A stretch of 61,037 nucleotides of DNA, counting the filler. It is 6 parts of 6 records of this genome, joined end to end, with 100 filler letters (N's around TTAATTAATTAA, not from the genome) between each part and the next. Parts side by side here need not be neighbours in the genome. Positions count along the whole stretch, not along the records: positions 26,302 to 40,549 come from SRR31156797_4044; 5 more parts are not named here. The stretch is one strand, 5' to 3'. Of this stretch, positions 29,006 to 39,229 are shown in pieces. Every line of letters begins with the position of its first letter. Within the stretch, counting starts at the first letter, position 1. Position numbers and translations under genes: made by a program. Under the pieces are notes generated by a model. It searched no databases. It had not been told where the DNA came from and saw only the letters and a list, made by a program, of their open reading frames with translations.

Positions 29006-30337
29006 CTAAATCACCTTATCCCGCCACTTCCCAAATTTCATGTACAAGTATGACAGCAGGCCAATGGTAAAAATATATACATATTCGCTAAACCAAATTA
29101 CGGTTAATGAAGCCCTGAAGAGAAATGCCACAACAAAAACATAGGTCAGGTATATTACCATGGTAGTGATTTCGATTGCAAGGGCACTTTTTGTGTTGGC
29201 GGTCCCGGATACAGCGCCAAACCAGTTGATGGAAATGGCCATAGGCAGTATGGCAAATATCACCACATAAAACACAGGAATTGCGCTGTCAATCAGGTTG
29301 GGATCATTGGTATAAATCTTTAAAAACAACTCCGGAATAAAAACGGTGACCCCAATAATAATAAGTGAAATCAAAGCACTCAACCTGTTAAATTTGGCAA
29401 GGATCGGAAAAACGGCCTCCCGGTTCCCCTCGCCAATGGTATTACTCACCATGGACGTAACAGATGCATTAAACGACCAGATATGAATCATGATCAACAG
29501 GTAGAGGCTCCTTACGATATTGGAAATAGCCAAAGGTGTTTCGCCGGTTTGTTCAATAACCAGGAAAAACGTGAACCACCCGCCCAATGATGCAAAGTGC
29601 TGCAGCATGATGAATGCGGACAGGTTCCAGATTCTTGAAATAATAGCAAAATCGAATTTCGGGAAACTGAAAATAAGGTACTTTTTCCTTGATTTATTCA
29701 TTAAGCTGGCCGCAATAAAAAACACGCACGATATAAATTCAGCAATCACCGATGCCAGGGCTGCGCCTTCAATACCCATTTCAGGCAATCCCAAATTCCC
29801 AAAAATCAATCCATAATCAAGCAGGATATTTACGAATGCCATGATCCCGGCACTCCATCCCAAAAGGCCGGTCTTGGTGGTGCCCACAAAATAAGCCCGG
29901 AAAGCCACATTGGTAAAAGCAAATAAAATCCCCCAAACCCTGTAATTCAGGTATCTCACCGAAGCATCAAATACCTCGGGCGAACTCATGATGCTGCCCA
30001 ACAGTTTTGGAGAAAATCCCAGCACAAAAATGACGATCAGCAGACTGAACAATATGAAAATATAGAGCGTGTGGTCAAAGATTTTCCCAACCTGTATGAA
30101 GTTTTTTTCTCCATTTCGGCGTGCCATCAGGATCTGGGCTCCGGTTCCAAAACCAAATCCCAGCATAAAAATGGCATGGTAAAACAGCCCACCAATAGCC
30201 GATGCTCCCAACTCAATCTCCCCTACCCTGCCCAAAAAAGCCGTGTCTACAACGCCAATCACGTTTTGCGCCAGCAAGCTCAGAATGATCGGATACGAGA
30301 TTGTCCAGATTTTACGGTATGAGGGGATGGTTGCCAA
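29006..30337 (-). CDS. MATE-family efflux transporter
   Basis: VDTAFLGRVG..ELGA, NILLDYGLIFG.LG.PEMGIEGAALAS; about 12 TMs. Confidence 0.92.
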   Translation of the reverse strand: MATIPSYRKIWTISYPIILSLLAQNVIGVVDTAFLGRVGEIELGASAIGGLFYHAIFMLGFGFGTGAQILMARRNGEKNFIQVGKIFDHTLYIFILFSLLIVIFVLGFSPKLLGSIMSSPEVFDASVRYLNYRVWGILFAFTNVAFRAYFVGTTKTGLLGWSAGIMAFVNILLDYGLIFGNLGLPEMGIEGAALASVIAEFISCVFFIAASLMNKSRKKYLIFSFPKFDFAIISRIWNLSAFIMLQHFASLGGWFTFFLVIEQTGETPLAISNIVRSLYLLIMIHIWSFNASVTSMVSNTIGEGNREAVFPILAKFNRLSALISLIIIGVTVFIPELFLKIYTNDPNLIDSAIPVFYVVIFAILPMAISINWFGAVSGTANTKSALAIEITTMVIYLTYVFVVAFLFRASLTVIWFSEYVYIFTIGLLSYLYMKFGKWRDKVI

Positions 30338-30394
30338 AAAATGAGGGTGTAAGTATATTATGATAAAATTGAATTACTTTGGCGCTCAACCAAA

Positions 30395-30817
30395 TTACAC
30401 CAGTTGAATCAAATCCAGATATCGCACAAAGTCTTTCTTATTAATAGAGAAGAGTTTTGGAATTTGATTTGCCAGCATAAAGGCAATAATTTTCGTATCA
30501 TGAGCAGCTTTTCCAGAGACATCAAATTGCGATAATAGCTTCCTCCAATGATAAAAGGCCAAATTATTATCATCAATAAATAAATATGTATCAAGCAGAT
30601 TATCAACTTCTCTATTTGCTACTTTAGGACTTAGACCAAGCCCATTATTTTCTATTGCCCTTGTGGCAACTACATAAAACTCAGAAATTTCCTGAGCATT
30701 AATTATCAGATATTCATCCTGAGAGGCAAACTCCAGTAACCTTTCAGTAACAAATTGATAGTGCTCCGAACTGGCTTGTTTCGATCTTAAAAGTATATTT
30801 GCATCCAACAGAATCAT
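30395..30817 (-). CDS. vapC: PIN-domain toxin (VapC-like)
   Basis: ILLDANIL, EFYVVATR...NGLG, HDTKIIA, N.KDF; ATGA overlap with the upstream small gene. Confidence 0.85.
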   Translation of the reverse strand: MILLDANILLRSKQASSEHYQFVTERLLEFASQDEYLIINAQEISEFYVVATRAIENNGLGLSPKVANREVDNLLDTYLFIDDNNLAFYHWRKLLSQFDVSGKAAHDTKIIAFMLANQIPKLFSINKKDFVRYLDLIQLV

Positions 30818-31059
30818 CTTCCATCCCCGGTGTAAAGATTGTCCCGCCTCAGGCTTTCATCAGAAATAAAAATATTTGATTTAATAGTTCCAAACGAGGA
30901 TTCTAATTTCTTCTTCCTTTCATCGTTACTTAAAGTTTGCTTTTGCAGATCAGGCACAAGTAGAATAACCTCAACATTTTCCTTATTTCTGAATGGCAAA
31001 TCCTTAATGATTACAAAGCCGTTCTCGTCTATTGATGATATTGTTTTATATGCCAGCAT
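30814..31059 (-). CDS. Putative antitoxin partner of the PIN toxin
   Basis: 81 aa, directly upstream and overlapping; beta-rich N-terminus (IDENG.VII.DLPF...VEVILL), C-terminal SLRRDNLY. Confidence 0.75.
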   Translation of the reverse strand: MLAYKTISSIDENGFVIIKDLPFRNKENVEVILLVPDLQKQTLSNDERKKKLESSFGTIKSNIFISDESLRRDNLYTGDGR

Positions 31060-31170
31060 GCTATTAAATTTCGTTAGTTACAAAATTAATCAAATTCATT
31101 GAATAATAAACGAGTAAGAATACAATGAAATTCTAAGCATCCATAAAGTTACCAAAATCAATAACCGGGT

Positions 31171-32541
31171 TTACAAAATCTTCTTCACAATCTTCAAAAT
31201 CCCACTTTTATATGGCGGATATTTCAACGGGATATCAAAAAGTGTGGTTTGTTTAAGTATGCTCTTTTTATGTGAAAAAGTATCGAACCCATGCTTGCCA
31301 TGATAATTACCGATTCCGCTGTGACCAACCCCACCAAACGGCAGGCTGGAATTGGTGATCTGCATAACTACGTCGTTGATAGCTCCACCGCCAAAACTGA
31401 GCTCCCGCCTCACCAGGTTCTGCCTTCCACGGTTATTACCAAAATAATAGAGTGCCAGCGGTTTAGGCTTTTTCTTGAGTAGATCAACCGTATCCATAAA
31501 ATCTTCAAAGGTGAGTACAGGTAAAATCGGGCCGAAAATCTCATCTTCCATCACCTTGTCGTTCCAGGAGACATCATCCAGAATAGTGGGTGAAATGTAT
31601 AAACCCTTTTCATCGGTTTTACCACCATGATACACTTTCTCAGCATTGATCAACCCCTCGAGTCTTTCAAAATTCGCACGGTTGCCAATCCTGACATAAT
31701 CAGAACTCTCCTGCGGGTTTTCTCCATACGACTTTAAGATAAATTCCTTCAGGTATCCAAGTAGTTTCTCCTTCACATCTTTATGCACCAAAAGGTAGTC
31801 AGGAGCGATACATACCTGGCCGGCGTTCATAAATTTTCCCCAAACAATGCGTTTTGCAGCAATTTTCAAATTGGCATCCCGATCAACAATACACGGACTC
31901 TTTCCTCCCATTTCCAGGGTGACAGGTGTGAGGTTTTCAGCGGCAATCTTATATACAATTTTACCCACCCTTGTGCTGCCGGTAAAAAAGATATAATCAT
32001 AGTTTTCTTTTAACAAGGTTTGACTTACGGCAGTGCCACCTTCGACAACCCTGAAATAACCGGGTTCAAATGCTTCGCTCAGGATATTCACCAGTGCTGA
32101 AGAGCAGGTTGGAGTGTTCTCGCTTGGCTTTAAAATAATGGTATTCCCGGCAGCCATGGCTCCGATTAACGGGCCCAGGGTAAGCAGGTACGGATAGTTC
32201 CAGGCACCAATAATAAGGGTAACACCAAAAGGCTCAGGATGAATAAAACTGCCGGCCGGAAGATTAGCCAAATTAGTCATCACTCTTTTGGGTTTCGACC
32301 ATGTCCTAACTCTATTAATCGCAAGTTTTATTTCGCCATAAACCAGACCCAGTTCAGTGGCGTATGTTTCAAACTCAGATTTATGTAAATCCTTCCAGGC
32401 AGCATCAATGAGTAGTTTTTCATTTTCCTTCAGTGTATGCAACAGGTTTTTCAACTGTTGTTTTCTAAACCTGAAATCCCTTGTTTTACCTGATAAGAAA
32501 AATTGTCTTTGCTGTTCAACGACTTGGTGATAATTTTTCAT
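31171..32541 (-). CDS. Aldehyde dehydrogenase (class 3 / YwdH-like)
   Basis: WNYP, KPSE, FFTGS, LEMGGKSP, NAGQVCIAPDY, EIFGPILP, PFGGVG.SG.G.YHG. Confidence 0.93.
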   Translation of the reverse strand: MKNYHQVVEQQRQFFLSGKTRDFRFRKQQLKNLLHTLKENEKLLIDAAWKDLHKSEFETYATELGLVYGEIKLAINRVRTWSKPKRVMTNLANLPAGSFIHPEPFGVTLIIGAWNYPYLLTLGPLIGAMAAGNTIILKPSENTPTCSSALVNILSEAFEPGYFRVVEGGTAVSQTLLKENYDYIFFTGSTRVGKIVYKIAAENLTPVTLEMGGKSPCIVDRDANLKIAAKRIVWGKFMNAGQVCIAPDYLLVHKDVKEKLLGYLKEFILKSYGENPQESSDYVRIGNRANFERLEGLINAEKVYHGGKTDEKGLYISPTILDDVSWNDKVMEDEIFGPILPVLTFEDFMDTVDLLKKKPKPLALYYFGNNRGRQNLVRRELSFGGGAINDVVMQITNSSLPFGGVGHSGIGNYHGKHGFDTFSHKKSILKQTTLFDIPLKYPPYKSGILKIVKKIL

Positions 32542-32599
32542 AGCTCAAAAATATTTGACGGGTTATTGCATGGGTGGTTAAAATCCAGACAATTAATCC

Positions 32600-33292
32600 C
32601 TACTGACCCAAACGGAAAATCAAACCGGCAGAAAGGTCTCCCTGCAGGATTGAGGAGGTTGAGCCAACGCCAACACTACAGCCGGAGCCTCCCGTACCAA
32701 TTCCGCAGAACAATCCACCACCGCTGAAAACCATCGGGATGTGGAAGTTTCCGCTGAACCTGAGACCGATTTTTTCGGTTACATACACTTTAAGCCCGGC
32801 CCCCAGTGAAGCTTCAAAACGCCAGGTGTCGTCAATATCGCCTGCTGTGCTGTTGAAATATGCAGCACCCAAACGCAAAGCACCGAAGCCAACCACATTT
32901 TCAGCTAACGGCACAGTGCGTGCACCACCCAGGTTAAAATAATTTACATTGACCCCAAAATCCCGCTCAGGATATTTGTTCTCGTAACTAAAATTGGGCC
33001 TCCATTGCGCTGTGGAAGGCATTCCAATATAGTTAAATTCCAGGGTTACGCCGTTTGGCAATGGCAACCCCACGACAACTCCGTAAGAAATATTGTCTTT
33101 TATTTTCAGATTTCCTTCATAGAATTTTGCTTTTCCACCAAAGAAATATCCTACCATTGGGGTAATTTCAATTTTAGGACCGCTTTTTTGGGACGGTGCC
33201 ATATTTGGGTTTGTTCCTGCCATAGGCTGCTGCGCAAATGCTGAAAAACCAATAAATACGCTAACAAGTAAGCAAATGAGCGTCTTTTTCAT
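32600..33292 (-). CDS. Outer-membrane beta-barrel protein
   Basis: Signal peptide MKKTLICLL...AFAQ, alternating beta-strand pattern, C-terminal GLIFRL. Confidence 0.7.
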   Translation of the reverse strand: MKKTLICLLVSVFIGFSAFAQQPMAGTNPNMAPSQKSGPKIEITPMVGYFFGGKAKFYEGNLKIKDNISYGVVVGLPLPNGVTLEFNYIGMPSTAQWRPNFSYENKYPERDFGVNVNYFNLGGARTVPLAENVVGFGALRLGAAYFNSTAGDIDDTWRFEASLGAGLKVYVTEKIGLRFSGNFHIPMVFSGGGLFCGIGTGGSGCSVGVGSTSSILQGDLSAGLIFRLGQ

Positions 33293-33351
33293 CGATATAT
33301 ACATTAAGTGATTGTTTTTATTGAGGAGCAAAAATAGGATTAAAAACAAAT

Positions 33352-33380
33352 AAAAAAGGGCATCTCATATTGAAATGCCC
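33352..33380 (-). terminator. Rho-independent terminator after pgk
   Basis: Minus strand gggcatttca-ata-tgagatgccc-tttttt. Confidence 0.75.
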
Positions 33381-33405
33381 GTAAAACAGGATATGATTAT
33401 TTTAT

Positions 33406-34596
33406 TTAACCTTCGATGGCTTTAACGCCAGGCAGCTCTTTGCCTTCGATGAACTCGAGCATGGCACCACCACCTGTTGAAACGTAACTTACCTGATCAG
33501 CCAGGTTGTATTTATTGATAGCTGCCACAGAATCGCCACCACCAATGAGTGAGAATGCACCTTTGCCGGTAGCTTCAGCAACTTTTTCAGCAATGAATTT
33601 GGTTCCTTCGGCAAAGTTTTCCATTTCAAATACACCCATCGGGCCATTCCACAAAATGGTTTTTGAATTGGCGATTACCTCAGCGAATTTCGCCCGGGTT
33701 TCTTCACCTATATCCAGTCCCATCCATCCGTCAGGAATCTCATCAGACGCACAAACTTTCTTGTTGGCATCATTTTCAAATTTGTCGGCAATTACAGCAT
33801 CCTCAGGGATAAGCAGGTTAACACCCTTCGCTTTGGCATCTTCGATGGCTTTGGAGGCTGTAACCAGCAAGTCTTCCTCAACCAGTGAGCTTCCAATTTT
33901 ACCCCCCATGGCTTTGATGAAGGTGAACATCATACCGCCACCGATGATCAGGTTATCCACTTTATCGAGCAGGTTGTTGATGATCTCAATCTTACCCGAA
34001 ACTTTGGCACCTCCTAAAACAGCAGTAAACGGCTTTTTGCCATCTTTAATTACAGCATTGATATGCGTAAGCTCATTGGCCATCACGTATCCAAAATATT
34101 TATCATTGGGGAAAAACTCTGCAATAATTGCGGTTGAGGCATGCGCACGGTGAGCAGTACCAAATGCGTCATTCACATAAACGTCAGCCAGTGAGGCCAG
34201 TTCCTTAGCGAAATCACGGTTACCTTTGGTTTCTTCTTTATAATAGCGGAGGTTTTCCAAAAGAAGCACCTCGCCATTCTTGAGTTCAGCGGCAATTTTT
34301 CTGGGCACTTCACCAATGCAGTCACTGGCAAATTTCACTTCCACGCCAAGTTTCTCAGTAAGTGCCGGGATCAGGTGTTTCAATGAGAACTTCTCTTCCG
34401 GGCCTGACTTGGGCCGACCGAGATGCGACATGAGAATGGGCATACCGCCATCATTCAGGATTTTTTTAATGGTGGGTATTGCAGCGTTGATGCGGGTTGG
34501 ATCGGTAATTTCAAATTTGTCGTTGAGGGGTACATTAAAATCCACCCTGATGATTGCTCTTAATCCGTTAAAATTCAGGTTATCAATGGTCTTCAT
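33406..34596 (-). CDS. pgk: Phosphoglycerate kinase
   Basis: [55 protein letters not shown] at 34596. Confidence 0.98.
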   Translation of the reverse strand: MKTIDNLNFNGLRAIIRVDFNVPLNDKFEITDPTRINAAIPTIKKILNDGGMPILMSHLGRPKSGPEEKFSLKHLIPALTEKLGVEVKFASDCIGEVPRKIAAELKNGEVLLLENLRYYKEETKGNRDFAKELASLADVYVNDAFGTAHRAHASTAIIAEFFPNDKYFGYVMANELTHINAVIKDGKKPFTAVLGGAKVSGKIEIINNLLDKVDNLIIGGGMMFTFIKAMGGKIGSSLVEEDLLVTASKAIEDAKAKGVNLLIPEDAVIADKFENDANKKVCASDEIPDGWMGLDIGEETRAKFAEVIANSKTILWNGPMGVFEMENFAEGTKFIAEKVAEATGKGAFSLIGGGDSVAAINKYNLADQVSYVSTGGGAMLEFIEGKELPGVKAIEG

Positions 34597-34839
34597 ATTT
34601 AATATTTTAAGATGTATATCAAAAATTTGGTGCAAATTTAAAACATTAGCTCCATTAACAGTTATCCCGGTAACGAGTTAAACTTGATTTAACATTGAAC
34701 CCCTGACATCCTAAAATTTAAGCCACCTGTTTTCTAAGCTAAAGTTCCCAGATTAAATTTAAACCTTACACCATCTTTCCTGTCTTTTCAGGGTGTAACA
34801 TTTAATGTTCAACAACGTCACACACAAAACATAAAACAT

Positions 34840-36060
34840 ATGAAACATTTCACAACCATTTTAATTGCACTATTTATCCTCATTTCTACACAGGAAACCA
34901 CAATTGCCCAGCCCAAAACTGAAGAGGGCTACCAGCCTGTAATTCTACAATTTACACTGTTTCACCCACTGGGCACAAACGGAAAAAACGTCAATGTACA
35001 AAACTACATCTCCTTAAATCTGATTTATGGCAAGGCAGCATCGCTAAAAGGCTTTGAGATATCCGGCATTGCAAGCCGGCTCACCGATTATGGTGAAGGG
35101 GTACAGATTGCCGGAATCGGAAATGCCGTAGAAACCTATTTTAAAGGCGTGCAAATTGCAGGGTTTGGAAATGCGATTGGCGGAAACCTTGAAGGCGCCC
35201 AGATCAGTGGCTTCGGCAGCGTTTCAGGTGCATCAGTAAGGGGCATACAAATTGGCGGGTTTGGGGCAATAACCGGAGCCAATGTTGAAGGCGTGCAAAT
35301 ATCGGGTTTCGGGAATATCACCGGAGGCTCGGCCAGGGGACTTCAAATAGCAGGCTTTGGAAATATTACCGGTGGTGAGATGAGCGGCTTTCAATTGGCC
35401 GGTTTTGGTAACATCAGTGGTGGTAACGGCGATGGTGCCCAGATAGCAGGATTTGCCAACGTAAATGGCACTTTTTCGGGATTTCAACTGGCACCAATCA
35501 ATGTGAATGGTTCTGGTAAAGGTTTTCAAATTGGCGTGGTTAATATTGCAGAAAGCTACGAAGGTGTGCCGGTGGGCGTGATTACATGGGTTAAAGACGG
35601 TTATCGCAAACTGGATGTTTGGGGAAATGAAAGTCTTTACCTGAACGCCGGATTCAAAACCGGGATAAAAGGATTTTATAACATCCTGGCGGTAGGTTTT
35701 CGCCCGGGATCAAACTTTTCAAGATATGGTCTTGGCTGGGGTCTGGGTTCTGAAATCTCCCTTGGCAAAGGCGCATACATGAATATCGAAGCGTTGGCCA
35801 TGCAGGTGGGCGAAGATGAAATCTGGACCAACAAACTCAATCTGCTTAATACACTTAAGTTTAACTTTGGCGGCAGGGTTGCGCCAAAACTTGGCATCTA
35901 TGGTGGCCCGTCATTAAATGTTATGGTATCAGAATACCAAACCCCTGATGGAAATATTGGTTCAGGAATCGTACCCTCATGGACATTTTATGACAAAACA
36001 AACGGGAACACCAACGTAGCCATCTGGCCGGGCCTAAACCTGGGTTTGAGGATTTTGTAG
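34840..36060 (+). CDS. Secreted/surface protein with 15-aa G-x-Q-I-x-G-F-G-N repeats (LA_2272-like) and C-terminal barrel-like region
   Basis: Signal peptide; about 10 repeats such as GVQIAGFGN, GAQISGFGS, GLQIAGFGN. Confidence 0.75.
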   Translation: MKHFTTILIALFILISTQETTIAQPKTEEGYQPVILQFTLFHPLGTNGKNVNVQNYISLNLIYGKAASLKGFEISGIASRLTDYGEGVQIAGIGNAVETYFKGVQIAGFGNAIGGNLEGAQISGFGSVSGASVRGIQIGGFGAITGANVEGVQISGFGNITGGSARGLQIAGFGNITGGEMSGFQLAGFGNISGGNGDGAQIAGFANVNGTFSGFQLAPINVNGSGKGFQIGVVNIAESYEGVPVGVITWVKDGYRKLDVWGNESLYLNAGFKTGIKGFYNILAVGFRPGSNFSRYGLGWGLGSEISLGKGAYMNIEALAMQVGEDEIWTNKLNLLNTLKFNFGGRVAPKLGIYGGPSLNVMVSEYQTPDGNIGSGIVPSWTFYDKTNGNTNVAIWPGLNLGLRIL

Positions 36061-36218
36061 CATTGTTCTCCGGAAAATACTCAGGATTATAAAATGAATT
36101 CATCTCACCGTTAACCTTCAATTTCAAATTTGAATGTGAAGAATTTGTAAAGTCTCCCATCAAATATTGGTACCATTCCGCGTTATCACGAAAAAATATA
36201 ATTTCGCACCCGTACATC

Positions 36219-37568
36219 ATGAAAAAAATGAACGTCATAATAGCGGGAGACGGGGAAGTTGGTTTTCACCTTGCCAAGTTGCTAACCGATGAAAACCACG
36301 ACATTACGGTTGTTGACCCGCACAGCGACCTCCTAAAACTTATCGAGGCCCATACCGACCTGATGACAATTCCAGGCGATTCCACCTGTATTTCAGTGTT
36401 GGAAAGGGCAAATATCCGCAGGGCTGACCTGCTCATCTCAGTAGTTCACGATGAACAGATCAACCTGATGACCGCAATTATCGGGAAAAAACTGGGCGCA
36501 AAACGAACCATTGCCCGTGTAGCCAACACCGAATACCTGGAGCCCAAAAACGTCGATCTGTTCAAATCTCTGGGAATCGATCATCTGGTATGCCCCGAAA
36601 GACTTGCCGCAGAAGAGGTGATTAACCTGCTTGAACAAACTGCCGCTACAGAAACCTTCGGCTTCTCCGGGGGGAAACTTATACTGTTCCTCATCAAACT
36701 GGATGAAAAGGCCGAGGTTGTGGGCAAAACACTGGATCATATTGCTTCGGAGTTTCCTTATCTGGATTTCAGGGCTGTGGCCATCCATCGCAATTCCAAA
36801 ACCATTATTCCGCGTGGCAGTGACGAATTCAGGATTAACGACCTGGCCTATGTGGTAACCAAACCCGCCGGAATTCAAACATTGATGAACCTGGGCGGGA
36901 AAGAAGAGTTTGAGATTAACAATGTAATGATTGTGGGTGGCGGAAGGATTGGCAGGAAAACAGCTGTTAGGATGGAGGACGCATATAACCTGAAGATGAT
37001 AGAGATCGATAAAGACCGCAGTATCGTTCTGAGTAACGAACTAAAGGACGTGCTGGTGATCAATGGTGATGCCCGCGATATAGAACTGCTTCAGGATGAA
37101 GGCATCGAAGATATGGATGCCTTTATTGCCGTAACCGACAACTCCGAAACCAACATCCTTACCTGCCTCCATGCCCGTAAATTTGGGGTAAAGAAAACCA
37201 TCGCACTGGTAGAAAATATCGATTATATCGACATTTCACAAAACATCGGAATTGATACCATCATCAACAAAAAGCTGATCACGGCCAGCTATATCGCACG
37301 TTTTACCATGGGTTCGGAAGTTACCTCTACAAAAGTATTGCATGGCATAGACGCAGAAGTTTTCGAGTTTGTGGTGAAACCCGGATCGCCGATTACCAAA
37401 AAGCCAATCCGTAAACTCCAGTTCCCCGAAGGTGCCATTATTGGCGGAATTGTGCGTGACGAAGAAAGTTTTATTGCTGTAGGCAACTTCAGAATTAAAG
37501 ATGGCGATAAGGTGGTTGTATTTTCGTTACCTTCCTCCATACATAAAGTTGACCGCTTTTTTAACTAG
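36219..37568 (+). CDS. trkA: Trk potassium uptake NAD-binding subunit
   Basis: Two RCK_N (IIAGDGEVG; IVGGGRIG) and two RCK_C domains; upstream of trkH. Confidence 0.95.
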   Translation: MKKMNVIIAGDGEVGFHLAKLLTDENHDITVVDPHSDLLKLIEAHTDLMTIPGDSTCISVLERANIRRADLLISVVHDEQINLMTAIIGKKLGAKRTIARVANTEYLEPKNVDLFKSLGIDHLVCPERLAAEEVINLLEQTAATETFGFSGGKLILFLIKLDEKAEVVGKTLDHIASEFPYLDFRAVAIHRNSKTIIPRGSDEFRINDLAYVVTKPAGIQTLMNLGGKEEFEINNVMIVGGGRIGRKTAVRMEDAYNLKMIEIDKDRSIVLSNELKDVLVINGDARDIELLQDEGIEDMDAFIAVTDNSETNILTCLHARKFGVKKTIALVENIDYIDISQNIGIDTIINKKLITASYIARFTMGSEVTSTKVLHGIDAEVFEFVVKPGSPITKKPIRKLQFPEGAIIGGIVRDEESFIAVGNFRIKDGDKVVVFSLPSSIHKVDRFFN

Positions 37569-37570
37569 TC

Positions 37571-39070
37571 ATGCCCCGCAAAAAAACTTTAAATACTAAA
37601 ATCATCTCGCGCCTGCTGGGCATTTTGTTGATCATCGAGAGCGTTTTTATGCTTTCGGCATTGCCATTTTCGTGGTATTATGGAGGCGAAAATATTTTAA
37701 GCTTCAGTTTATTCAATGAATCGTACGACTTCTGGCCACTGCTTCTTTCGTCCATTATCACATTTATTGGCGGAGGCCTATTATATCTTGCTGCCGGCAG
37801 GGATGTGAATAAAATCATTTCGAAACGCGATGGCTATGTGATTGTATCACTGGCATGGGTGGTTATTTCAATTTTTGGTGCACTTCCCTTTTTCCTGGCA
37901 GGAGCCATCTCCAGCTATACGGATGCATTTTTCGAGACCATCTCCGGTTTCACAACCACCGGGGCAACCATTCTCACCGATATTGAAGCCATGTCGAAAG
38001 GCTTGCTTTTCTGGCGTTCTATGACGCACTGGATTGGCGGTATGGGCATCATTGTGCTTTCACTGGCTATATTGCCTTTCCTGGGAATCGGCGGCATGCA
38101 GTTGTTTATTGCTGAAGTTCCCGGCCCTACGCCGGATAAACTCCACCCGAGGATCACCCAAACCTCAAAAAGGCTTTGGGGTATTTATGTCCTTCTGACC
38201 ATTGCAGAAACAGGTTTTTTGATGCTTGGCGGCATGAATCTTTTCGAAGGGCTTTGTCACGCCTTCGGGACAATGGCAACAGGCGGCTTCTCCACGCGAA
38301 ATGCGAGTATAGCAGCATTTTCTCCATACATCCAGTATGTGATCACCATTTTTATGATTCTGGCCGGAACCAACTTTACATTGCACTACCTGGCATTGCA
38401 CGGCAGAATAAAAGATGTATGGAAAAACGAAGAGTACAGGTATTTCATCTATTCAATTTTTGCAGCTACATTTATCATAACAGTTGCACTTATTTTTACC
38501 GAACATGGTGGTATCGAAAAATCGTTCCGGGATTCCATTTTTACGGTGGTGTCTATCATTACCACAACAGGATTTATCACGGTAGATTACCTGATATGGC
38601 CGGGCGTGCTGTGGTTTATCATTTTCCTGCTGATGTTTGTGGGCGGAAGTGCCGGCTCAACAGGAGGTGGTATAAAAGTAGTCCGCCAGCTTTTGCTATT
38701 TAAAAACAGTGTGCTGGAACTAAAACGCCTGATGCACCCGCAGGCAGTGATCCCGGTAAGGATGAACGACCGCCCGGTTTCGCAGGATATCATCTTTAAC
38801 GTACTGGCTTTTTTCCTGATCTATATGCTCATTTTTGCCGGTGGCACATTTGTGATGTCCATGTTGGGATTGGATTTTGAATCGGCCATTGGCGCCACTG
38901 CTGCCACGCTGGGAAACATTGGCCCGGGGATTGGCATGGTTGGGCCTGTGGGTAATTACGCCGAAATCCATGTTATCGGGAAATGGTTCCTCTCCTTCCT
39001 GATGCTACTTGGAAGGCTGGAATTATTCACCGTGCTTATATTGCTGTCGCCGGCATTTTGGCGGAGGTAA
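37571..39070 (+). CDS. trkH: Trk potassium uptake membrane subunit
   Basis: FETISGFTTTGAT, ATGGFS, TTTGF, GGSAGSTGGGIK, LGNIGPG, MLLGRLE. Confidence 0.96.
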   Translation: MPRKKTLNTKIISRLLGILLIIESVFMLSALPFSWYYGGENILSFSLFNESYDFWPLLLSSIITFIGGGLLYLAAGRDVNKIISKRDGYVIVSLAWVVISIFGALPFFLAGAISSYTDAFFETISGFTTTGATILTDIEAMSKGLLFWRSMTHWIGGMGIIVLSLAILPFLGIGGMQLFIAEVPGPTPDKLHPRITQTSKRLWGIYVLLTIAETGFLMLGGMNLFEGLCHAFGTMATGGFSTRNASIAAFSPYIQYVITIFMILAGTNFTLHYLALHGRIKDVWKNEEYRYFIYSIFAATFIITVALIFTEHGGIEKSFRDSIFTVVSIITTTGFITVDYLIWPGVLWFIIFLLMFVGGSAGSTGGGIKVVRQLLLFKNSVLELKRLMHPQAVIPVRMNDRPVSQDIIFNVLAFFLIYMLIFAGGTFVMSMLGLDFESAIGATAATLGNIGPGIGMVGPVGNYAEIHVIGKWFLSFLMLLGRLELFTVLILLSPAFWRR

Positions 39071-39086
39071 GGTAAAGTGGGGGGCT

Positions 39087-39218
39087 TTAGAACGGTTTAG
39101 TGTATGAGTAGTAGCAGATTTCTATTCACATATCTTGCGGTTTTGCACTGACCTTTTTTTTATGTAAATATTTTCGTTTTTTCACTTAAACCGCTATTAC
39201 TTACACACCGTGTTGCTC
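39087..39218 (-). repeat. attC-like long imperfect palindrome downstream of the cassette gene
   Basis: Plus strand AACggtttagtgtatgagtagtagc ... gctattacttacacaccgtGTT; begins about 15 nt after the stop of the minus-strand gene. Confidence 0.6.
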
Positions 39219-39229
39219 TTTTTCATTCA

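Noticed and set aside
35080-35560. Periodic 45-nt repeats as a CRISPR array
   Set aside because: They are degenerate coding repeats (GxQIxGFGN) without identical repeats or unique spacers; no CRISPR array or cas gene seen in the window.
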